From NCBI GenBank assembly GCA_965644265.1, contig OZ286469.1, positions 39,804,001-39,868,000 on the forward strand: DNA of 64,000 bases, read 5' to 3'. Below, piece by piece: positions 27,375-39,300 of this stretch (position 1 is its first letter; each line of letters opens with the position of its first letter). The position numbers and the translations under genes are program-made. The notes under the pieces were generated by a model. That model was not told where the DNA came from. It worked only from the letters and a program-made list of their open reading frames with translations, and searched no databases. Source of the DNA: Glycera tridactyla (lineage: Eukaryota).

Positions 27375-30300
27375 AATCAATCGATCAATCGTCATCATCC
27401 TCATTCCATCAATTCTATCACCAATATACAACTAATCGACACCATATTTGCATTGCTGTTTCCAGGCGCCTATAGATAGTGACATCACGGAGGAAGACGC
27501 TCGTGCAGCGTGTGAAGCTGAAATCAGTGCGTCAGCGGCAGTGACAGCATGCGCAGCCACTGTTACACTCGACCTTGAAGCTCAGATCACCAGCTGTGCA
27601 ATCGATTACATGGTAGAGTAGATTTCCATATGTTTTGAATTTGGCGGTCCATTCAGATCAAAGTGAGACATATGAATTGGCTATTCATCGCAATTGTTAG
27701 AATGTTTTGTGTTCTCATATCGTCTGTTGTCTAGGCTCAGTACATACATGAATCAAACATCAACAAAATATTCTAAAATCAGTGTATCTTGATGATAAAT
27801 AGATCCTCATTAGCTGCTCATAATGAAAGTATCATTTCACAATTTACGATTAAGTAGACAATATTTCTTCATGAGCAAGAGTTATCCTCGTATCAGATTG
27901 ATTCATGTATCCTGAATATTAGGCTTGTGAAAACGTGGTAGCTGCTAGGGTTGGGAAAGTACAAAGAATCGCCTAGCAGGAGAAGCTTGCATGGGTATGA
28001 GGCACTCTGATATTGTTATTGGTAAGTAGCCATTCGAATACATATAACTGTTACAAGAAGGCACATATACTGATACTCTATGATAATATGTAACATTTCA
28101 TCATTTGCACCATTGTGTTCTCACCAGGATTTGAGATATATATCACTAATTCATCCTGATGTTGTAATGCTCTATTGTGCTGTAGGCTTCTGGAGTGTTG
28201 GTATGGGCTCAAGCATCTATTCGGGCACTGACTCAGCAGTGTCTACGTACTCTTGCAACTGACACGGACCACTGGGTAGCAGATGATGATGGCAATGTAG
28301 GACCTCCCAATGACATTGCTGGCCAGCTTTGTGATAATGACTGCAGTGCACATGGAACATGTGTTGGTAAGTGAGAACTTATGATGGATCAGGAGCGGGA
28401 GATGAGACATTGGTGATTTGCTGGTCAGCGAAGGATTTCACTTGAATATAGTCCTATTATGAATACAACAAAACCTACCTATCAAGACCATCAACAGAAA
28501 ACTATAGCTAGAAGCATGTTCTATGAAGATGATACTTACAGATGGTGATTGCTCTCTAAGCCCAAAACTACAATGGTGGTCGATAGATAGTGCCATAAAC
28601 ACCATATATCGCCTCGCTGTGCACATTTGATAATCATTATATGATCGTATATGTGAATCATTGGTATGTACACATGTTTATTAGTGAGGAATCATCTATC
28701 ACCGATTGCCATCCATAACTTATTGAAACCTGGGGCTGTGAATGGCCTCTTGGTGTCCGTTGAATGGATCACAAATCAATATTTCGGATCTGAATGCTCA
28801 TTTGTATTATATATGAGTGAACACGAATGCTAGGTGCCGAAAATCAATCTCTGGTAATTGCAAACCTAATGTGCAGCATTTGTTCTGTGATATCTATGTT
28901 CTTTCCAAATTGAGCACATGACAAACATATGAGGGGGCAAAACAAATATCGTCATCCATACCCTCTTATATGACATCAATTGTGGAGAGAGATAAGTATT
29001 TGATTTTTCAACTACTCAAATCATCCGGATCATTCATTTTCTCTGTGTAGGAGGCACATGTCAGTGTGACGAAGGATGGATGCTGGCAGACTGTTCCCTG
29101 GAAACAACCACCCCACCTGACATCACAGAACCAGGCATCATCTGTGATGAATCATGTGAAACGGTCACCGTCCATGGCAACAACTTTGCCAACCTTAACA
29201 CTCTCACATGCAGCTTTACTCTTATCACGGTCAGTAAAACATCACCTATGTTCTATCGGGTACTCTGTCTTCATTTCAGTCAGTTTTCGAAGAAGCATCT
29301 ATTTGTATTGTGCTCCAACATCCTTACAACAAACGCAGAATGACATATTGTTTCGATTCTGAATTTCGATTTTCGATATCACACTGGTTGAATACACGTC
29401 TACCGTTCAGTGATCCTTGGGATTGGGTAGATTTCTTGTTTTGTACTCATACCTACAAGCTAACATAACTGAAGAAGGACCTGACTGCTGCATCAGTTGG
29501 TGGCAGCTTTACATGCGTCAATGCATCACATGCATTTCAGACTGCTCAGAATGTGTTGGTAACTTCCAATTTCCCCCATTGCCATAGGAAAACATGAGAA
29601 TATCTGAAGGATTCTTGTTGTCATTGCATATTTTCTGGACCATAACTATCATTTCATGCAAATTCAATATGCGTGTTTGAAAAAAATCATGAAAAGTTGA
29701 CATTTTGTGTAAAACTAAATATTGCTAGTAGGTTGATGTAGTGAAGCAGCATTTGAATGATATTTTCATCACATGCAGTTTCAAGAGGAGGGAATAACTC
29801 ATTTGATTTTCTTGATCGCTAGATGTTACAAAATTTCTGGTTTGACCCCCCAAGGAAATTATACATGAGCGTATGCATTGGTAATCACATAGCCTTGGGC
29901 AGAACCCAAAAGGTATGACTCGAAATGACTTGAGGCATCTATCACATAGTTTTATTTCGTCCCTCACACCTGAAATTTTCCTGCACTTCTATCTGAGCAA
30001 TTGTATAAGCGGACGTCATTTGCTTTCGGAGAGTAACCTTTCTCATCTATTTCGACGTCCGGCGGATAGGTGACAGAGGTGAGCTGGGAAGTGACAACAA
30101 CGAGCACAACTGTGGCTGCCACCTACTTGAGTGCAAGTCAGGTGAGGTGTATGCTACCAGACCCCACTGCCAGCTACAGTGTACGCATAACCAATGATGG
30201 AACTACATTCTCTGAGACCTTCGTCCATGTCTTCGTGCTGTCTCGCTGCTATGTGTGTGATTTCATCAACCCCATCTGTGAACGCACGGTAAGAACATTG

Positions 30301-33300
30301 ACCATGGGTCACTCTTTCCACAGTATGTTTCAAGTAGCAATAATGTTCAACTTGTTATGTACGCTGAATGGAGCCGATATGTCCGTTTTATTTACCTCTC
30401 CATTCTGAGTTTAAATAAAACTATCTGATCTCATCACAGTAAGTTTTAAGCTGAATGTTCAACACACAAGACTGAGATCATATTCACCGAATTCATCTAT
30501 TCTCTTTTGAAAGGAGTGGGGTACAGTTTGTATGATTTTGTATGATTTTGTGAATGGGCAAAATGGAGTTTGTGATGAAGATATGCAGATCAAGTATTCA
30601 TTCTAACTGAATAGTGAACTCATGCATTCATAATATGTTCGAAGAATTAGCATCCTACGAACCAGTAGCTGCATTAAGGCTACTTCAAGGCCATTCAATT
30701 GCTACTAGTGTCTGATCTAAACTATATAAAAGTCAGCATTCACTATGATTCCGGGCTAACCTAGATGAGTTACATATATGTGTTCTTGGTTCGTAGTGAT
30801 TTCAGGACTTATAATTATTCTATTTCGTTTTTCAGGATGATACATGCTTGATTGATGGAGTCTGTTATGATGCGGATGTTGCAAACCCAGAAGATGCAGC
30901 AGAGGCATGCAAACCACAGCTTGATATGGACAACTGGTCTATGTCTGGTGAGTGCAGACTTATTTGACTGTTTTGATATTGAGATTTTATATCGACTCCA
31001 AGAGAAATCATCATCATACAGATGTTCATGATATTGCTTTTGCGCATTGGACCCGGGGGGTCATATAATATGGAACTTTCAAATCAGAAACAAAACATAC
31101 ACACATACATGCATGAAAGCACATATGCATACAAAAACTATCATGACCATCACATATGGTCAACCCAGTGCATGCCGATTGGGATATCAAAGGCCGGCCG
31201 TGTTCATAGGAGTCTCTTCCTGTACGCACGTAAAAGAACCACCGCTGTCTTTTGCAAAGAGTAGGGAAGGCCCCAGCGGTGGTGCCTATTTTCTTCAGCA
31301 TTTTCGGTTTTTCAGTCTGATATAACCAAAGGTGGTTGTAAGGACGTTAAACATAAACAAACAAACAAACAAACAAACAAAAACAATCAGCATTGTGGCA
31401 CTAGTTGGATCAATGATAAAATCGCCGGCAGCATGTAGCAATCATACTTTCCTTTATTTCAGATATGTGGCCAGTGTTGTACCTGCCTTTGACAAGCTGT
31501 TCGGGCTCCGAGGACTATTCTCACTTCATGCAGTCGATAACAGCTCCTGTAGAGCCGCTATATGTGGATGCTCCAAACGATGGTCTCACAGGAGCAGCAA
31601 GTTTCATGGGCCAGGCCAGCAACCAGATCACTGTAGAAGCATCCCCTAGCCTTGATGTAACCAACTCCATCACCATCCTCATGCACATCAAAGTTGACAT
31701 GAATGGCACCATACTTACCTATGGCACCGACATGGGCGTTAGTATCACTGCTACCGTCACAGATGATGTTACCTCCCTCATCTTCCATGCCAAGGACAGG
31801 ACAAATAATGCTATAGAAGGGATGGTGCAGTATACAGCAATACCGATAGATCAGTGGCTGTATGTAGCTGCATGCTATGATGGCCAGACAGGCACCCTTG
31901 CTATGTATGTTGATGGTACTGCTGCCTCTTCCTACACCTTTGTCGAACCAGTACAGCTGAGAACCGACGGTCCAGTCTATGTGGGTGGAGTCGAAAGTGC
32001 CTGGTACTACGGCGCTGTGCACTGCATACGTATCTACTCTCGGGTGTTGTCCATGGATGAAATCAACAATGGTGTCATCTGTCCTCTTGGTATGTTCACA
32101 TATTTACTCCTTCCCCTCAAGGAACTCAATCGGCTCTCTACTCTATCCAATATCCCTGTATATGCTGATTCTTGGTATGAGGACGCTGCAAAGACAAAAT
32201 AAGATTTACTTTCGAAAACAGATCAGTAATATCTCAAATCTTTTCTGGGTGGGAGAGATGTCAGCAATTTTGGCAGAATATCATGGAATCATCTTTCGAT
32301 GAAGGTCGAACATTTCTTTCGTATTCCCATCAATGCCAAGTTGAGGTCATTGAATGAATATTCTGAATTTTGATGCTTTCTTTCAGGCTAGATTTGATAG
32401 AGCTCTACAATGACTGAATATCGCCTAATCTTTCATATATCTCTATTCCAGGCATTGACGATGAAATTGGTGTACCTGGTGAGTGTTCAAATTCATTTAA
32501 TCTTCATTGACGACTTTCCTATCTTTCTACATGAGAGTGCACTGCTGCTGACTGCCCGCGAAACTACTATCACTTATAGTAGTATTGCAGTATGTCAGTA
32601 CCTCACATTGTGTTTAGATTGTGGGGTGTTCACCGTACAAATATGGTCTTTCGCCTGACAGTTGGATTCTTGAAGATGATCAATTTTTAACCTCAGTCTC
32701 AAATTGCCGATCATTTCCATGTGACCAATCATTATAAAATTGGAAATATAGGGAACATGTTTAGGTGTGTTACTGTATCATACGGAGTCAGATATCTCAG
32801 GAAAGATAAGGACTTTCTCAGGGAAACTGATCTTTATATAGTTGACTAGAACATATCTGTTCTTTTTTTTTCTCCAGTGTACCCAGTCGTGACTTCGTTG
32901 CCAACTGTGAACTTGGAGGTTGTGGATGTGGTGAACTCAACTGAGCAATCTTGGCAGCTTCGCTGTGATAATCCGACCGTGGCGGGTGCCCCAGTACAGT
33001 ACGACTTCACATGGTACATTGATGATGTCATGATTGCCTCAGATACTATGGTCTATAATGGGACTGAAGTGGATGTTGCCTCAGGCTACCTGACTCCGAA
33101 CATGCTCGAAAATATCACCTCCATTGAGCAGGTAAGGTCCAAATACACCTTTGACGGCATGTACCCATTTATGCAACAATTCTATCATTCGTCATCAGAA
33201 GCGTTCAAGCTTAAAACATGTCAGGTGCACACTCATGAGTAATGCAGATATAACTTATTCAGCTACTCATCATGAATACAGATGTGTGTCCTAATCTGCT

Positions 33301-36300
33301 TGTATCAAAAACTCACAACATACGAGTCAATAATCTTTAAGAAATTGATTCAATCGACCAAGCATACCACTGTCAGTAAAATGATATCGTTTGACTTTTG
33401 TCGGAAAGAGTATTCATAGCTAATACCCATATTGTGTTGGTGTAGAGGCTAGAGTAAAATAGGATTTACATATTCATTGCACCTTGTGTGAGGCTCTCAT
33501 ATGCTCAAAGGTAGTTGTGACCTCCCTCGCATTCCACTGATTGTCATATAAGTTGCATCTTACCTAGTCCTTCACTCATATTCTTGTGGTTTTTGCAGGT
33601 GACGTGTGAAGTTAGTGTTTGCTATGCAGACAATTGCCAGCCATCTTGTGCCCTCACCAGTGAGCCTTACTATGCAGCTGTTGTAATGGTAAGTCCTCCC
33701 TGCTATTGAATTATCCAATAAACTAAAATTCAGATGTGACGCCGATACACCATTGCAGTCAGCTGTAGAAATCAGAAGGTGTATGGTTGGATGATTGCAA
33801 CGTCCCATTAGTACTTTTAAAAGTGGTGAGAGTGATCCTCACAGGTAGTGTATATGTAGGATATTAGAATACAAAATTACCCCAGTGATATGATACGTGT
33901 GTGTAATACTAGGATCAGCCGGTACAAGCCTTCATATCAAGGTGTAGCTTGTGTATTTCATCTACTGCTTTCGGGATGAAGTCATCGAGGATGTGGTGGT
34001 CTTTGAGAATCAATGCCTCTGAATACAATAATTCCCGAAGACTCAAAGATTCAAATATGTATGATCCATACCCAGAAGATGAGTAGGAAAATTGTAGGCA
34101 GTTCCTTCTTTCTCATCAAGTTTGACATCCATATGTTCGCTCACAGTGCATTAAGAAATAAACCAAATGAAAATATATAATTAACTAAATTATACTTTTG
34201 AATGTACTCGATGATCATCCTGAACATGCTTTTACAGCTCACCACCGATGCTCTGACTGTGGTTGAGGGTGGAACTCCAGGTTATATCGAACTCTCCACC
34301 ACACTGCCTCCGAAGTACTTCTGTGCAAACCGAACACTGGAAGATGCAGAGGAGAGTTGTGAGATCACCGTCCGGGGCTATGTCGAGATGAATGTTGCCA
34401 CACTTTTACGCACGGCCACCACTGAGCTAGACCTGCAGTGTTATGAGAGTGGGGAGTACGTCTCACAAGCGGTGTTTGGATATGAATCTTCCTATCCAGA
34501 GGATTATCGGCGTACATGCGGTGTTCGTATCAAGGCTGATAACTGGCTGGAGACCCTACGTATCCCTGTCCATGGTATGATTGATGGTGTGGTGGATGGT
34601 GACAGAACTCGCAATGTACATGTGCATCACCAGGTTGAATACAAAGAGACTGCAGTCTATACTGATCTCCTTGGATCCGTTGAGGTAAGAGAATGGAATT
34701 ATGCAGAATGAAAAACTTCCGCTATAATAATGACTAGGTATTGATATTTTCAATATTTTCGCCTATGTCTCCATGGAAGCATAGAATTCGAGAATGGGAG
34801 TTGGCAATTACACATTCGCCTTGGTCTTATTATCCTGGTTGCTGGAAACAAGACCCCCCTCCCACACACACATACATACAAGTCAAGCTTCGATGTCTCC
34901 TTCTGTTTCTCTCACGGGCTGACCCATATTTATTCTGTAGGAGGACTACCTTAGTCCCTTATCTTAAGATACTCGCTGGGTCGTGAAGTATACACTTGAA
35001 GGGTTGATTTGCCTGTCTGAATGGCTTAGAATAAACGCAAATCCGTATAAAAAGCAGCCTTCCAAATTCAGCCACGATATGTACTTTTTGCAATATGCAT
35101 GTTGGTGTCCATACCTCGACGTACATGCTGACCAGGATATCAGTGTTTTCTGGATCTTGAACATTGTGATTGTCTTTTCTGGTCACCTGATGATGCCATT
35201 TCAATTTTGTAGGTAACAATTCAAGATGTGTACAATGATGTGGAATGTCATGCTACTGGTGATCCCCACTACATCACCTACGATAAAAGGTAAGGCTTCA
35301 TCTGGTTTTACAATCCTAAAATTCTCCAATCTCAGTGTCCTATCTTGCTATTTTATGCATGGCTCCATCTCTGTGCAAATTCCACTCTTCATACTCCGAG
35401 AACATATCATACAGCACATATGATAAGCATAGAATGATACCTATACGATCACGTAGCTTGTAGATGCCCTCTCAAGTATCTGAAATTGTAAACATCCGCA
35501 TCAACATAGAAAGAATTCTGTCTTCCGATCATCTCCCATTCTGTATAGTAATCCACATGGTTTGATTTTCAGGGAATTCGACAATTATTTTGAGGGAGAG
35601 TTCATCTTATACCGTAACAAGCTTTTCCCATATGAGGTAGGTGACGTCAATCTTGGGAACAAGGGGCAACTGTGAGAAGACGCGATATGATGTAGCTGGT
35701 GGTCGAGCAAAAGTCGAATGAATTTATATTTCATTCCGCAAATATGAGGATATACTACTACTTTTATTTCGATGTTTTGATATATTACTTATGTACCTCT
35801 ATTTGAGAGCATGCCTTGGTGTTTCAGTGGTAGCATGCATGGTCTGGGGTTCAATCCCCGGTCCTATCATGCAGGAACATTTCACCCTTCACCTTCGCTC
35901 CACCTTGGCAGGTTGTCTGATTTAGCCTACTCAAGTGCAGGAAATGGACCTAAAACCTCAACATTTCCATTTCCATTTCCCTCTATTTGAGTCACTACAA
36001 GACAGGAACAAATGCATCTTAGAAATGTGATTGTTTCCATTCATGCTAATCAAGTTGCTATATCCAGTACTCTGGCTTCTGTCTTCTTTGTCAGTCATGA
36101 AGCAGCAAACATATGTTAGTCTGTATTGATTCCTGTTATGTGTGTATACTTTTCAGGCTCGTACCTTTTTGCGGAAGTGCTACAACACAGTGGCGTGCAC
36201 ATGCGCAGTGGCTGCTCGAAGTGGTGATGATGTCATCGTGATTGACTCATGTGCAAATAATGGTGCTCTTGTGGTGCAGATGTATGTGCATGATGAGCTC

Positions 36301-39300
36301 ACGCCTGGAACTCAATTGCTCCAGTATGGCGGAGGAACAAAGTATCAGGTAATTGTGGAGGATTGCAACACATAGAACAGGGACAGGACTACTGCAGCCA
36401 CCATGATAACTATATAAGATAGAACCTTGAAAACATGATATTCTGTTCCAAATGCCGATCACGCAAGGTGAAATTCGTTGGTGTTACATGGGGAGGCGAG
36501 CGTGCAATATCAAAGCTATCAACCCATCTGCAGCATAGTGAAGAAACTGAACAGTTGATGAATTAGATTGTATCATATCTACTTACGTGTAGCCTTCTTT
36601 TGTGAATGAAGATAAATATATAGATAAACATATATATAGATATATGTCTGAGTATCCTGCAAAACACCTGATCAAAGTCCTGAGACATATTTTGACATAT
36701 ATTGATGGTAAATGAATATGAACACAACTGATTTTTCTTTTTCTCCAGGTTGTCTTCCCATCAGGTGGAATATTGACAGTAGAGTGGGGTTTTGATGTCT
36801 ACATGAATGTGTACTTCCAACCATCAGCCTTGGACTATGGCAATACCGAGGGTCTGTGTGGTACCTATGATGGAGTGGCGGAGAATGAATACACCGCCAG
36901 TGATGACATCATTGACCCAACGACAGATCGTCATCCAGATACATTCATCCTCAGTTGGAGGTAGAAATACCATTTGATTAACTTCTTCACGGAATAACTT
37001 TGATGTATACTCCTCCCAAGCCAACCATAAACCAATGTTTGGAATATGTTGTTTTCTCTATCATTTTTTCTACTGGATAAAACGTGGGCGGTCCAGCAGC
37101 TGCTAACAGTTGCTGATGTTTTGTAAAATTTTGTAACGGATTTTTTTCTTTTGACACACTCGAGATAGATGATATTTGGTGATGGAATTGATTATGTTAG
37201 CCAAACTGTACATTCTGCAGGTCATAATCATTGTTGTGATGAAATCGAACTGATTACATATGTGTCTTAGATGTATGGAATTCTTACCGCACTGAAATAT
37301 CCTGATTGTATATGTAACCCATGTTTTCATTATGTTCTCCAGAGTGGAGGATGCAGCACTATCCATCTATAGTGGATACTGTGGTGATGATGCTGGCGCA
37401 GCTGGCTTCTCCGGGGATGTATACTGTGATTGTCAGGAAGCAGACTCAGGATCATGTGGCGAAGCTTTCAATGTGGCTCAATGCTCACTCACAACCATCA
37501 CTGCTGGTGCCACTGATGTGACTTCTCAGTTTGAAGGCAATGCCATTGTACCAGTGGACTGTGACGATGCTGTCTTTGAAGCAGATCTGGACTTTGTTCC
37601 CGTAAGTTGACTATAAATACATTCTCGACAGTAGGATTCAAGAGTGTTGTCGATTGCCATATTCATCCTATAACTCAACATATTGCAGACCAACATTTGG
37701 GAAGACGCTACTCCGTTTCTAGGAGAGAGGGCGCTACAATCGACCGGCATAATACTCACTTGGACGTTGACAACGACAGGGTACGGACGTGTATACACGA
37801 TCCGAACGTAGGCGCTGACGATTAATTCCAGCTACGTTAAAATATCCCTCAGTAGAGACGGATGTGTGGAGATGGCATGTGTATAAGACCGGCCACACGT
37901 CAATTTAATAATAATTATTCCAAACTGCGAGTTTGATGACATAAAATATCGGACAAAGAAGGACTTCCCCAGGTAGGTATTCAGGTCAATTAGATATTTC
38001 CCGCGATATACGGGCTATAAATAGATTCCTGTGACGTCATGACCGGGTCTCCGGCGATACGCACAGATGATTGGCTTAGAGCAAAGCGGTTTGACCTAAT
38101 TCCGGACACCGCATTGATGACGTCACGACCGGGTTTCCGGCTATACGGACATCTGATTGGTCCAAAATGGTCACATGACTCACTCCGAGCATGTTTGACA
38201 CAGTTTTCAAATCGGCTTCCGCGATCCTGATTGGCCGAGAGACAGGTCACATGACTCATTCGAGCATACTTGACCTAATTCCGGCTTCCTCCTTCACAAC
38301 ATCTTGTGTTTTGTTTACGCAAACATGGCGGACAACGGAGACGATATGCCGAGCTTAGAACCTCAAGTTATGAGTGGGAAAAAGCATACTAGAAGTCAAA
38401 ACAGTGCCGCTTCAATAGCTTCCACCCCGGAACGCACGAATACGAAAGCGATTTCGCCAGATCCCACTACAAGTGGGTCGGAAAAATCGACAAAGTCACG
38501 ACCAAAACATGACAACACCTCCGCTCATCATGCGAGTACATCGAAATCCGGTGAGAACGTTCCTACTACAAAATCCAGTAGTAAAGATTCATCAAAATCG
38601 AAAGGGAAATCATCAGATATGTCTGCCCTTACAGCTGCTATACAACAGCTCACAAATCGATTCGATAATGTAGACAAGGAAATAGTCTCTCTCAAAGACT
38701 CAAATGACAAGCTGACTAAACTATATACAGATAGTCAAGCTACAACATCAGCCCCACCTAAACCTGCTAAAAAACGTCAAAGAGTTGTATCTATTTCCTC
38801 TTCTGATGACCCTGCTTCAGAAGAAGGAGAATGTAGTGATGATGATGAAGAAGATGATGACTCTGGTGACTATTTTGACTGGGATGATGAAGAAGAAGAC
38901 ACTGCTCCAGATGATGGAGATCTTCTCGATGAGATGGTAGATGAACTCAACTCCATGTATAAACTAGTAGCAAAGAAGGGTCCGGACATAGATGATAAAC
39001 TATTCAAAACATTGAAGGAAATGTTCGTTTCACCTCTCAGTGACAAAGATGTAGATACTATTCTGATCAAATACAAAGCGCCAGGCAACTGTGGATTCAT
39101 GTTTGATCCAGAGATAACAAATGAAGAAATGCTGAAAAATGTACCACCACAAGTGAGGAAAATTGATCTAAGATTATGCAGAGTACAACTATACATCCTG
39201 AAAAGCATGATCTCCCAGATAGAGCTGCTCAATGATGCTAGAGCAGATAAAGGAGCATTTGCCAAAAAAGCTGCTACCTCCATCAAAAACAATCTAGCAC

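Larger units (their letters stand above)
22838..33688 (+). repeat. Tandem module 3 (15 exons, 3063 nt CDS)
   Basis: Exon classes A-O. Confidence 0.85.

Noticed and set aside
27291-27479. Poly-His ORF
   Set aside because: (CAT)n microsatellite; only its last codons overlap exon G3
31521-32302. Antisense ORFs over L, A and F exons and over gag
   Set aside because: Shadow frames of the + strand coding exons; no independent motifs
35808-35880. Functional tRNA-Gly gene
   Set aside because: Anticodon arm largely missing; TSD and simple-repeat tail indicate a SINE
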